A DNA stretch of 64,000 nt, from the NCBI GenBank assembly GCA_951406725.2, contig OX597831.1, positions 59,024,001 through 59,088,000 of the forward strand, read 5' to 3'. Shown here piece after piece: positions 10,619 through 23,186 of this stretch. The notes beneath the pieces were generated by a model. The model did not search any database. It was not told the origin of the DNA and saw nothing but the letters and a program-made list of their open reading frames with translations. Source of the stretch: Octopus vulgaris. Lineage: Eukaryota. How positions within the stretch are numbered: position 1 is the first letter of the stretch; each line of letters opens with the position of its first letter. A program made the position numbers and the translations under genes.

Positions 10619-10761
10619 TAAATTCTGTTTTTAAATGACTCTCTTCGAAGATTGCATTCGGTACAATTTGTTTATTTTGATAGTTCTGACTTTAAAAGAC
10701 CCTCCTAGTGTGCGGCATTTATGTGTAATAGTGCTCTCTATATAATATATATATATATATA

Positions 10762-10794
<33 letters not shown>

Positions 10795-10815
10795 CATATA
10801 TACATAATAGTAAAT

Positions 10816-11388
10816 ATGTGCCGGGAAATCAAAAAGGAGATCTCACGGAGAGTAAGGGCCGGATGGAAGGCGTTCAATGACATAAGGGATGTGCTCAAGG
10901 GAAGCTTGGACAGAACCACCCGCGCCAACCTCATTAACAGTGCAGTTCTGCCTGCAATGTTATATGGTAGTGAAACATGGGCTACCACAAAGAGAGAAGA
11001 GCAAAGACTGGTAACGGCTCAAAGAGCCATGGAAAGGTCAATGCTTGGTATCTCGTTGAGAGAGCACATAAATAACAAGATTCATCAGAAAGAAGTCCGG
11101 CGTGAGAGATGACATCGCAGAGTATACTCGCAGCAAGTATAGATGGGCTGGACACGTCGCCCGGCTCACCGATAATCGGTGGACGCACGCAGCTGTCGAG
11201 TGGTACCCGCGTGAGCGGAAAAGACCAGCCGGAAGACTTCCACGACGGTAGGGTGACGATTTCAAGAGGACGATTGGGATCACGTGGATGAGAAATGCGC
11301 GATCCAGAGAGGAGTGGACATCGTGCTGTGACCAGCGGTGTCAAATGGACGCCTGACGGACTGGTCGGTCAAAGTGATCAAAGTGATA
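10816..11388 (+). mobile_element. 5'-truncated RTE-clade LINE (RT C-terminus and 3' UTR)
   Basis: EISRRVRAGWKAF...VLPAMLYGSETW; after a frameshift RWAGHVARLTDNRW...WYPRERKRPAGR; ends in (caaagtgat)2. Confidence 0.92.
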
Positions 11389-12619
11389 TACATAATACTT
11401 GTGTCTGTTGTGTTATGAATTTATGGAAAGAAATCCAGAAAACTAAAAGAAATTGTTAAAAATGGAGAAGAGAAGATGTTAAAATGTAAGAGAATTTAAA
11501 TTCATGCAGACGATCGTTTCAAACAGCGATATAAAAATCATGCAAATTCATGGTTGAATAGAAATAATTAACTTAATTAAAATAATGTAATTATATATCA
11601 CTATACTGATCAGTGCAAGAAGTACAAACAATTTTTTTTTACAAAGGACTTGATGAAGGAAAAGGCAGAGTATGGTTTAGGAGATTCATATTTATCGTTA
11701 TGAGACAGAAAGAAGATGAGTGAGCTCAGTTAACTATTAACTAAAACTAATGGCTATAACGGTTATTTGAAAATATAAGTGAAAGATGTTTTAGAGCGTT
11801 CCCTCTATAGATGAGTAAGTAGATCATGTAATTAATAGTCTAAATGAGTCGCGTAGTGTAAAGGTTGCAGAGAAATGTCCAATGGAAGGGCATGGATATA
11901 TTTGAATTGAGATGTGACCTTACAGTTAGAAACAATACTAATTGTGGTGTATATAACAAAATTATACATGTGAATGAAGTTAATCTGAAGGAAATAGTGT
12001 ATAATGGACTGCTGTATTGTTAATGTAAAAAGTATTTTAGGGGTTGAAGGTGTTAAAGAGAGAATATTCTGCGTAAAATGGACTTGTGTTTGCTTAAGAA
12101 CTAATATTCGTTTGTACGTATTTTATTAAGTAAAAACAGAAAAATAGTTGTTAATATTATAACTTAGATAGTAAATACTTGCTGTGGCTATAAAGATGAA
12201 AAAAGAGCCGTCAGAGGTTTATCATTATTAGAAGTAGGGCTATTGTAAAATTACAATATGTGGGAGATAAGTGAGTTGGAAATGAGTTTTATGGTTATGT
12301 GTATTATTGGAGGGATTAGGTGAGATTAAAACTAACATTAATAAGCCCAAGAATACTGACAACAAACACCAACATGCTTAATTATAGATATAAATAGGAA
12401 AATTAAACCAATAAACAGACAGAAATATAAATAATAAAATCTCAACAAAGATATTTGGTTCTACGTGGAATCATCTGTGCGTGATGCAGAAGTTTGGGCC
12501 TGGAAATTTACATCAACACCTTCGTGGGTGATATTAGTTAGACATGGCTATTTCATCCAAATCTTAAATTAAATAGTGTAGTAATCTGGAATGTTGAATT
12601 GAAAGAATCTAGTTACTTC

Positions 12620-13260
12620 TTCACACTGTTTATTACTGATCTTGCCGATAATATCTAATAAATCGTTTCAATGGAATAAAGCAGAGGTACATTCCTCTCT
12701 GGGATAATACTGTCTAGGACGTATGTGATAATGATCCGATGTCGGATTTTGTGCGGTTACACTTCCCATAAATCTTTTAGTGACGTAAGGCTGTTTGGAC
12801 AATACAGTTTCCAAAGTAGTGTGGAGTTCCTTCCCTTACTATAGCTGAGGATACTTAACTAGGTAAGGACCTCGGCACTAGTCATACAGTATTTCTTAGG
12901 ATATGAAAAACAGGGACGTGCAGTTGTGGATCTCTTTGAATTGATTTATATTTTTTGGCAAATATTCACTAGCATTGATTCTTCTCGGGATATTAGATTA
13001 GATGGATTTAACAGAGTTACTTAATTTACTATTTGTCAATAAGTTCAAAAAGATAACGTTTGAATGATTGGAGTCGCCTGTTGACGTGTAGGCTTTTGTT
13101 AAGTTTTTAAACTGTAGTAGTCGTGGTAGACGAATCATCGTGTAATATGTTCTCACAGTTATAACACCATCGGATTCGTTTAAATTAATTCTAGGTTGCT
13201 TATAGTAGACAATTCACTTAAATGTTGTTCCTTCCTATGGCTTCGGATTTTAAGTAGTTG
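12620..13260 (-). pseudogene. Highly decayed Penelope-like RT thumb/linker fragment
   Basis: Minus-strand peptides KRIRWC, QRDPQLH, GKCNRTK occur in the same order as RRICTI, NQDPRLK, KKCGRPN of the intact ORF; many stops and frameshifts. Confidence 0.45.
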
Positions 13261-14644
13261 TCGAAGAGCTGCATATTATTAGAGATTCTGCAGCATTCAA
13301 GAGCATTCAGTAGTAATATAAAATCTGTCATCCACCTAATGTGTCTACAAAACATGAAAATGATACTCTATCCCGTTACTTAAAGCTTACTATTAATTTC
13401 CTGCAGGAGACACAAATATGTTTCTAGAAAAAATCAGATTTTAGGTGTAGCACTTTTATTAGTGAAAATTTATTCAGATGTTCCTATTATTCTGATGTAT
13501 TAATTAGTTATTTTATGAATTCCATGAAAAATTACAAACCCATAATGAGCAAACTGCTGCAATATCATTTTATTTTTCAACTTATTATAATGGACATATT
13601 TCAGCATATTTATTTATAATTCAAACTATATATCGTGAACTTTCAGCCTATATATCTATTATATTGTATAGCGACGGAAATATGTTCTGTTCATGTATGC
13701 GAAAGGTACGCATGTTAAATTCCACTGTGACTATATCAAATTGCTTCCTACGTAATATACTGTAATCAGGTGACAATAATGTTACGTATTTAGAATCTTC
13801 TATCACGATATTATGAATAGTTTCAGAAATTTATGTATCGTTCGTTAGATATATATTTTTGAATATACCTGTTAGACACGAAGTATAGTGTGCATTCTCT
13901 GTTAAGGAAAAAAATTCGGCTCTCTCTATCACACACACACACACATATACACACACAAGCACATACACCTGTTTAGTGGTGCATGTTTAGTGGTGTAAAT
14001 AGGGGCAATACAACTAAAAACATGAATATACATACTATTATAAATATTTAGCAAAAGCATCATTGATTCAAGAAGTAAGAATTCTGTGCTTGAGCACTTA
14101 TCAAACTCATATATATGTGTGTGCTTAGATTTATAGGGCAGCAACACGCACTCACATGATTTATTCGTTAACTATTACGCTTTGCGATAATCTGACCAAA
14201 TCACGCTGCATGGTATCTTAGAAAAGATTACTGAAGTCTTAGTTCACCCTGTGTTTTTGAATAAAATTGTTTCTATATACACAAAATGTTGGGAAATGGA
14301 CATTCAGACACTGTTATTTCCTTGGGTCTTTTCTTCTTCTGACACATTTTGCGTCTGGTGTTACACTCCCTATCCATGGAAACACCCTCTACTTCTGCAT
14401 AGGGCTCCCTATCTTTCTATGTTTTCTTTAACCATCATAAGTTTCTTTTCATCTCATCCTTTTGTCCCTTTTTCCTACTTTGAATGTCAAGCCTTTCACA
14501 TGATCCGTTCTCAGACCCTTCCACGTTAGTGTTAATTGTTTAAAAAAAGACTTTTACTACTTTTTCCCTATTAGTGTCACTTTGGAACATGTGACTATTT
14601 ATGCACTTTTCTTTTATTTGGAAGATCATAATCCTCGGGCTTGG

Positions 14645-14940
14645 TTTGTACTTTGTTGTGTGTTCTTTCCCGAGCCATGCCTGGCTCATAATGGCCGGTT
14701 TTCCGGTTTCTTGGCGTATAGATTCAACACCTGGACGGGACGCCGGTCCGTCGCAGGTGAGCTGCAAGATTTAGGAGGAAAGAGTGAGAGAAAGTTATGG
14801 CAAAAGTGTCAGCAGAAGTTCGCCATTACCTCCTGCCGGAGCCGCGTGGAACTTAGGTGTTTCCGTTCATAAACATACACATCACTTGGTCTGAGATTCG
14901 GACCCGCGATCCCTCGACCGCGAGTCCGCTGCTCTAACCT
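14645..14940 (-). mobile_element. tRNA-derived SINE (family C)
   Basis: Head ggttagagcagcggactcgcggtcgagggatcgcgggtccgaatc; core ggctccggcagg shared with 16240 and 47515. Confidence 0.8.
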
Positions 14941-15228
14941 CGGTCTCTTTCCTCCTCTCGGTTTAAAATAGAGATTGTTCGCGCCTGACTTTAACGGAGA
15001 ACTCTACATTATACAACGTAGAGTTTATAAAAGAAAATCATTCAACGTCCATACTGAGGGATATCAAGTAAGACCCTGAAAAGTTTGCATCGTTTTATAG
15101 TATCGTTGCAATTGTAACGAGAACTAATCGTTGCAATTGAAATAAGTATTGGGCTTAAAATGCAGTGTAATAACTATAGAATTTAAGGTAATGCTACTAC
15201 TACTTCTGAATGCTCCTTATTTTTAATA

Positions 15229-15307
<79 letters not shown>

Positions 15308-15310
<3 letters not shown>

Positions 15311-15370
15311 ATTAAGCCGAGAAGACGGCTTATACACATTTATTATAGGGTTGCAGCTGTTTCAGATATA
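15308..15370 (-). mobile_element. Short pLTR 3' remnant in (TA)n
   Basis: Reverse complement: GAAA-cagctg-ca-accct-at-AATAAA, i.e. the 3' half of a hammerhead plus a polyA signal. Confidence 0.45.
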
Positions 15371-16185
15371 TATGTGGTTGCGTTGAAGCTTCAACTTTAT
15401 CAAACAGTCAGTCGATCGATTGGAAATATAGGGAACGGTCATCACAATATTTTCGACTGTGTCAAACCAAATCATCTGCCAAAAGAAAAGAAAGAGAAAG
15501 GATTTAGTTAGAGTGGCATGTGCACAGAAATTGGTCGCCTGTTTGTAGCCATCAAACTTAAGCTATTTATGTCTCTTACAACGGATGAATAATATCGACA
15601 TCTTGTTAAGAAACTCTATACTTCACAATCTCTTAATTATCAATATACTATATTTCTGGAAATTATATTATGTCAGGACAGGTATGAATTTCGGATAATT
15701 AATTAACGAATTATATAGAAGTGGGTACTTTAGATTTAAAATAATAAGCAACACCATAATTGCATTTTCATTTGCATATTTGCAAACATTTCTCCCTGAA
15801 TTACCACACTGACTGAATTCCATCATTTTCTATTCTTTTCCTTTTTTCTTTGTCGATATGTTTTGGCTCTAACGAATATATGACTATGAGTGTCGTCTAC
15901 TATATTTTCGGTCAATCAATTGATCGATTCACTGAAAACCATGAACGCACCCAAATACATATTTTGAACCAATGTAAGCCTATAATAAATATAGACAACG
16001 CAGCGTCTCTCTCGCTTTTATGATTCCGCTAATTACAAATTTCATTTGTGACGGACATCAACTTCGGCTTTCGACTTCGGATTACCAGTAGTACCATAAC
16101 GATCAGAAGACGCTCTTGTTAGTAAGGTGTATCTCTATAGAAATCAAGAAGTTCTTCAAGTGGATTATCTTTATTAACCTCTTTT

Positions 16186-16239
<54 letters not shown>

Positions 16240-16245
<6 letters not shown>

Positions 16246-16495
16246 ATAACGTGACCGACTAGACTATCAGATGTTGTTACACATCGCTGGTCACAATGCG
16301 CTTCGCATTGCTTTAACCTTCGAATGACGCCACCCCGCTGCCTAAGCGAGCAGGCCAACAGAAGAAAGAGAGAAAGAGTGGTGAAAGAGTACAGCAGGGA
16401 TCACCACCCCCTGCCGGAGCGTCGTGGGGCTTTTAGGTGTTTTTGCTCAATAAACACTCACAACGCCCGGTCTGGGACTCGAAACCACGATCCTA

Positions 16496-16498
<3 letters not shown>
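16240..16498 (-). mobile_element. tRNA-derived SINE (family C core) with RTE-derived 3' tail, inside (TA)n
   Basis: B box; shared core; tail tgtgaccagcg...gtcggtca..tatcacgtga resembles the RTE 3' end at 11326-11388. Confidence 0.85.
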
Positions 16499-16551
<53 letters not shown>

Positions 16552-17995
16552 ATGTGTGTATGTGTGTGTTTGTGTATGTATAATGCAAAGGGGAAGTAGA
16601 AGAGGGAAAAATAAAATGCATAATTTTACATTAAACTTTGAACTACAGGATATTTTATGAACATTATCAGTATGTCAACGTTAACAACACCTGAAATATT
16701 ATTACAAATTGACAGCACTACTACTGCAATGAGAAATAGAATGACACACATGGAATTTAGAAACAAAGGTATAAAAATTGAAAGAAATAGCGGAGACTGT
16801 ACTTAAAATACAAATTGAGTTGCATGTCAAATTGCATTATAAACTTTCATAAGAGTTTTAAAACATTTGCCATTTTAGATATCATTATGTGACTTGTACA
16901 ATAATTAGAGGTAATATTGGTTATAACATTTCTATTTATGTTACCAGTGTCTCATTTTTTATTCAATTTACCTTTAAGCATATCTTCGTTGTCACTCGCC
17001 CTCTCATCATTTTATGTCATGTAAAGGAACACAACATAAATAGAACAACACAAGCCGAATCAGAACCAACCAAATAGTATTTGTGTGTAAGTATACATTA
17101 CATATGTATTCGCTTATATATTTTTATATGCAAATGTGTTTATATTCTTAAAATCAATAAATGCTTAGTCAGTTGAAACAACGGAAAAAAAATTGAAACT
17201 AACTTATTTAAAAGATATCGTATTAATTTTAATTGTAACTGCTGATAAATTGTCCTTATTTATATCTTTCCTGGAGCACGAGAACACCACAGTTTCTAAA
17301 GTAATATTTTATTCGGGAAAAAAGATAGGGGATTGCATCAAGTTCTAGTTTTCTGTGAGATGATTAAAGAATTATTCAATCAATTTGCTACAAAATCACC
17401 TAGAAATGATTACACATACATACACACGTGTGTATATTCTTAATACCATGTATCTTGAAATATGTCACAAACATATTTTAACTAACCTAAATTTTGCCTA
17501 TGCCTAAACACTGCTTGGCGTTAACATTTCGTTAGTTTCCTCGATCGTGCGATCTGCCAGCGTAAAGCAATCAAATGAATTTTACATAAAGCTATCGCTT
17601 TATAAGTTTGCTCAGGGTTGTCTCTCTTAAGGTACTTCCCATTAACAAGACTCAACAATCTCGAAATATCAATATATGGGATTCGTGATAGATGATGACA
17701 AAGAACAAATCGGGTGTTTTTATTTCCACGAGTAGTTTCTATTTTCTTTTTGTAACATATTTCTATTATATATATATATAATTAAAATATTTTGATTCCG
17801 ATATTATTGGCTTGTACTAGTATTGTGTATATTAATTAATTTCAAAGTATTGTATAATTTAAATATTGTATTCAGTTTTCCTTAATGTATATTTAATATC
17901 TTATATATATATATATTTTAAAGAATATATTTATATTTTAAAACAGTATTTACGTTTATTTATTAATTAATTATTTCATTATTGTAGATTATTTT

Positions 17996-18091
17996 TAACG
18001 TGATAAGTGGCTATATCTATATCGAAGTGATTTTACTACTACCATTAACTTTTTTACATTATTAAATATAGCCATGAAACACGCGTCGTTA
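17996..18091 (+). ncRNA. Degenerate type-I hammerhead
   Basis: taac-GTGATAA-gtggctatat...atatagccat-GAAA-cacgcg-TC-gtta; two core substitutions, 10-bp stem II. Confidence 0.6.
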
Positions 18092-18921
18092 TTCTATCAA
18101 ATATACTCGTTTTATTTATTATTTTGCACATTACTTAATCATCGGTATATCATTGTTATTTTATATTTTATATTTTTATTATATGTAATTTTCTAGATGG
18201 TGTAATTTGATTTTTCATTTTGAATTGATAAAATGTTTTTTTCTAATTTATATTATTTTATATATTTATATATATATATATATATATATTTGTTGAAATG
18301 GAATGATGAATTTTCTTGTTACAGATTATTCAAAAGTTTAACCGATATCTGGGTAGCAAAAATCACAGCAGAAAAAAACACGGTTGGAGATAAGACCATT
18401 TGGTGTTGCAACCGTACGTTGGTGCGGATAATTGAAGTTTAATATAATTAGTGAATGGGCTCTTAAGGAGCGTCCTCGTTCGAATTGCTTTGCTGCGCCT
18501 CTGTTTTGTTTTGGTCTGTCAACGTAATTCCTGCTTTTTCCTGAAGAGAAAGCTGCAATATGGTATCCTTATTTAATCAGAATTTGGAAAATTGTGGCCT
18601 TTATTACGTGTAGAATGTAATAAAAGGAATTCTGTACAATCTTCGTTCAACTCCATGTCTTCCATTCACTAATTATATATATATATATATATGTTATATT
18701 TTGTGAAATTTGATTTAGTATTTCTAAATTGAATTTTCCCTGTAAGCTAGGAATGATATTCCATCAAATTATTATATATATAATCTCCACGGTCACTGTA
18801 ATTTATTTGAATTTTAGCAGTTGAATTGTGACACAAACGTATTTTAGCTGACCTAAATTTTGTTCATGCCCAAGCATTACATTATGTGTGTGTGTTTGAG
18901 TGTGTATATGTGTGTGTGTGC

Positions 18922-18967
<46 letters not shown>

Positions 18968-19179
18968 GTGTGTGAATATGTATAGTAAATGTACTAAAAT
19001 TTTATTGAAGTGGGCAATTGATTTTTGCCGTAGATAATTGATATAGATATTTATGCACCATTATCAGGTCGGAAAAAAAAATTACAATTAATCAAAAATT
19101 TGTTCTCCATATTTAATGTTTAACGATTTTCGAAAAATTTCCAGAATATATGACACACTTTGACAGAGAATGGTATCAT

Positions 19180-19576
19180 ACTATAACAGGCATAATGTCC
19201 GTCCGTCCGTCTGTACTCACTTCACAGCCAAACAGTTAGGCCGATCGGCATGAAACTTTGTAGGGGTTTTCAGATGATCTATAGAGTCGTTTATATATAG
19301 GTTTAGTCCCTCTACACCAGTATTTTCAGAGAAAGGGAATGCTTGACCCCCTCCATCTGCCCCTGCCCCTGTCCCCATCCGGAAGTGTTGCAGGAGATTC
19401 GGATGCCGCCTGGATTCTGTGGTTAAAGACACTGTTGATTTTTACACAATAAATTTACTCCTTAGGATTTCAATATATTTTAATGTTAATTTGGTAAATA
19501 CATCAGTTAAAATGAGATGTCGGTGTTACTTTCATTTTTGCGTAATTTAGGCGACAATTTATTCACCGCACCTTGC

Positions 19577-19580
<4 letters not shown>
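19180..19580 (+). mobile_element. Probable non-autonomous Helitron-type repeat
   Basis: (gtcc)n near the 5' end followed by ccgatcggcatgaaactttg, similar to ccgattctgatgaaacttg in 41992-42366. Confidence 0.5.
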
Positions 19581-19637
<57 letters not shown>

Positions 19638-19679
19638 ACACACACATACACGCACACACACACACACACACATTTGATT

Positions 19680-19760
19680 TTCTCGACTAAACACAGTGCT
19701 CCAGCATGGCCACAATCAAATGACTGAAACAAGTAAAAGAATTAAAAAAGAGTAAAAAGT
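19680..19760 (+). mobile_element. SINE family A 3' fragment
   Basis: gtgctccagcatggccacaatcaaatgactgaaacaagtaaaaga. Confidence 0.8.
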
Positions 19761-19774
19761 ATATATATATATAT

Positions 19775-20135
19775 CTTTTACTCTTTTACTTGTTTCAGTC
19801 ATTTGACTGCGGCCATGCTGGAGCACCGCCTTTAGTCGAGCAAATCGACCCCGGGACTTATTCTTTGTAAACCCAGTACGTATTCTATCGGTCTCTTTTG
19901 CCGAACCGCTAAGTGACGGGGACGTAAACACACCAGCATCGGTTGTCAAGCAATGCTAGGGGGTCAAACACGCACACACAAACACACACACGCATATATA
20001 TACCTATATACGACAGTCTTCTTTCAGTTTCCATCTACCAAATCCACTCACAAAGCATTGGTCGGCCCGGGGCTATAGCAGAAGACATTTGCCCAAGATG
20101 CCACGCAGTGGGACTGAACCCGGTACCATGTGGCT
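19775..20135 (-). mobile_element. tRNA-derived SINE family A with internal (CA)/(TA) microsatellite
   Basis: Near-identical to 32078-32228 and 41760-41960; tail (gagtaaaa)n. Confidence 0.88.
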
Positions 20136-20597
20136 TCGAATGACCTGTCTGTTTTTTTTGTGTCATCTCTTTGTGTACTTTGCGTTCTTGTCCTATTTTA
20201 TATATAAGTTTTATACATATATTATTGCGGCGTAACGTACCCCTTTCTCATATGTATGTACATATATATACACGTATCCACACATGTGTGCATGTATAAA
20301 TATCTATATCTCTGAATGTATATGCATTTGTGATTATACTTAAATCGGTGCGTGCGTGTTCTGTTTCTTAAATTTGAAAAAAAAATGTACATAGTTTTTA
20401 TTGGATGTTTGTTTTCTTACGTCTTAATTTTCTTTATTCTTTTCAACATTTCAAAAAATTTCTATGTATCTAAATTCATTTCTTGTTTATGTATTTGTTG
20501 ATGTTCTTAGTTTATCTTACATTTCTACTTCCAGTTGCGTGGCTCTTCTTAAGAATTTCAACATGTGGCAACTTCAAAGCATTGAAACGGAGAAAAT

Positions 20598-20744
20598 TAA
20601 TAATAATAATAATAATAATACGATGATGATAATGATGATGATATTGAGAATATTAATAACAACAACAGCAACTTTTACTACCACAAACACAACTACTACT
20701 TCTACTACTGCTACTGCTACTACTACTCCTACTCCTACTACTAT

Positions 20745-20786
<42 letters not shown>

Positions 20787-20839
20787 GACTACTACTACTA
20801 CTACTACTACTACTAATAATAATAATAATAATAATTACG

Positions 20840-20870
<31 letters not shown>

Positions 20871-20895
20871 TAATAATAATAATAATAGTAATAAT
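20598..20895. repeat. (AAT)n/(ACT)n trinucleotide microsatellite
   Basis: Direct inspection. Confidence 0.95.
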
Positions 20896-21871
20896 CTTTA
20901 ATACATGAATCTTGTATTCCTTCAACTAGCATAATAATATAAATCTGTAATTCTTGAAAGCTTGAGAGCAGTCAGGATAACAACAATGAAATGTTCTGAG
21001 CTCAAGAGATAGACGGTTAATTAAAATATCCACCATTGTTAGAAAGAAGGCTACAGTTTTTTCAAAGTATTTTACAAAACCTGGGGGAAGAAACGAATGC
21101 AATCCTATTAAAAGGTCCTTAAATACTGCAGAATTTGTAGAAGCGTTGTTTGTTTTTTTCTAGAAAAACATAATTATTGCGACTATAATTTGCTTAGAAA
21201 ATCCAATTTTTCAAACTACAACAATAAAAAAATATGTCCCCCCCCATTCCTATCAGTTGTTTTCCTCGTAGAAAAAGCATTTTCTTTTCTCCATATTAAC
21301 CAAGTTACAGTTATGTCACTGATATGACACGATGTTACTGGGAAGAAAACATTTCCAGGAACAGTTTTTCTGTGTTCTTTCTAACTACGAGAAATAATAG
21401 CCAAGCATATTTAAATAAAATCCTACAATTTTAAAAGATGTAAAATATTGCTAATGTAGCCCTACGTACTTCTAATGATAGATGTTCAAGTGTGACCGAA
21501 ACATCGGACAATGGGTCAATACATGAAAGTTGTCCTGGTGTTAAACTGAAAAATGCAAATTAATGATAATCATATGCAAAAGTATAGTATTCTTAGTTTA
21601 CTAGGTTTTAGAATTATTCAAATTAATATAATTTAATCAGAATATTTCTGACACCTAAAATTACACTTTCAACAAATAGATTTGAGTGATAATTTCTTCC
21701 TTCAATTCTTCGCCATTTTTTTTTTGTTTTGGAAATATATTATCTCTTATCTTAAGATAGGTGTTATCATTTGCTAATAAAATCTCCATATATGTAATCG
21801 CTAGAGACCTTTCGATGAATAGCAGATAATGGAAACTAATTTAATATATGTGCATCTATATCACAATTTCT

Positions 21872-21900
<29 letters not shown>

Positions 21901-21908
<8 letters not shown>

Positions 21909-22183
21909 GAAATGAGGTACTCAGAAATTTGGATGGTTTAATATTTACAGATATTTATTTGTATATTACATGTTTTTATACATCAGATAACTTATATCAT
22001 ATATATATTACCGCTTGCATCCCTTCTGAACTGTTTAATTTGAAAACTCCACCAGAATGGACGCAAGCGCCAATATATGATATATGATATAAGTTATATG
22101 ATGTATAAAAACATGTAATATACAAATAAATATCTGTAAATATAAAACCATCCGAATTTCTGAGTACCTCATTTCTTCTAATA
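21901..22183. mobile_element. Fold-back pLTR module, arms 21901-22009 / 22071-22183
   Basis: About 110-bp inverted repeat next to (TA)n; same family as 51710-51880. Confidence 0.85.
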
Positions 22184-22499
22184 TAAAATACCTGTACATC
22201 ATCTCCAAACCTTCTAATATATACATAAGTGTGTGCTGTGTGTATACATATATATATACATGTATTCATACATACATATATACATAGATGCATACATACA
22301 CACATGCATACACATATACGTTTAGACATACGAAATAATAACTGGTAAAAAATTATTTAGATGGACCAACCCAGTGCTCAAAAATCTTAATGACAATAGT
22401 ATCATAAATGGTATGTATAATGCTGTTGCCCAAAATATGAACTGTGTCTAGAATATGAAGAAGGAACTCTTTATTAAATCTGCTGGTTACAAAGATCAA

Positions 22500-22820
22500 G
22501 TAATGATTTGTCACATGTCTTTCTTGTCATTCACAACATTCATGTCAATTGGTATGGCTATAAACAGAATTTATCAACATCAGAGTATCCGGCTAACGGT
22601 GTTCGACTACACGATCCGTCTGAAAATCATAGTCCCAGAGTGTCGTTACTTTACCATCCTCCTGCATAACGGTACTTGGTAATGCTCATACCCGTTCCCT
22701 GTTACTTCAAATTGGTATTTACGGCATAAGATCCAATGAAGATACGCACACACTTTGTCGTGGTGGTGCTTGTATTCTTTTTGTGCAAGGCTCTCAGATC
22801 CACTTTACCATGTGGATGCA
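22500..22820 (-). pseudogene. R4/Dong-type (restriction-like endonuclease) non-LTR retrotransposon fragment
   Basis: Minus strand: SGSESLAQKEYKHHHDKVCAYLHWILCRKY...YEH, then VMQEDGKVTTLWDYDFQTDRVVEHR*PD, matching the post-zinc-knuckle RHD motif and the RLE PD motif. Confidence 0.85.
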
Positions 22821-23186
22821 AAAGGGAAAATAGCGAAGATCAATCGATAATAGGTTACCCACGTACGCGCGTTTCGGAATTAGATCGGTATAAAGAATAA
22901 ATAATAAATAATTATAACTTACCCGATCATTTTCGGCTCTTCAGCATGGGATTCCTCAAATATTAATGATTAAATATTAAATATTAAAGTTGAAGGCACT
23001 GGAAAATATCTCTTCACCTAACGGTTTCAGAGAGATCATATTCAGTGCTAGTGCCGCCAAATTCAAAATACGAATGAGTGTTCATGAACCTTCCTCGCCC
23101 ATTAGCGTGTCGGTAAGTAAGATGCTACAGAGAGAAACTGTAGTTTGCTATCTGGGAGAAGAATTCCATTATCAATAATAACAAAG

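Larger units (their letters stand above)
9928..10748. mobile_element. Fold-back module with a hammerhead in each arm, arms 10033-10293 / 10488-10748
   Basis: About 260-bp near-perfect inverted repeat between (TA)n tracts; same family as 5197-5707. Confidence 0.88.

Noticed and set aside
11500-12400. Possible decayed coding relics (FKQRYKNH on +; LRDSFRLL, DNA polymerase B-like, on -)
   Set aside because: Isolated short peptides amid stops; not assignable without blastx.
20464-20925. Poly-T/N and poly-S/I ORFs
   Set aside because: Trinucleotide microsatellite.
23031-23112. Candidate 82-bp exon (tttcag...G|gtaagt)
   Set aside because: No partner exons. The peptide KFKIRMSVH resembles a decayed GIY-YIG segment, and such splice signals occur by chance.
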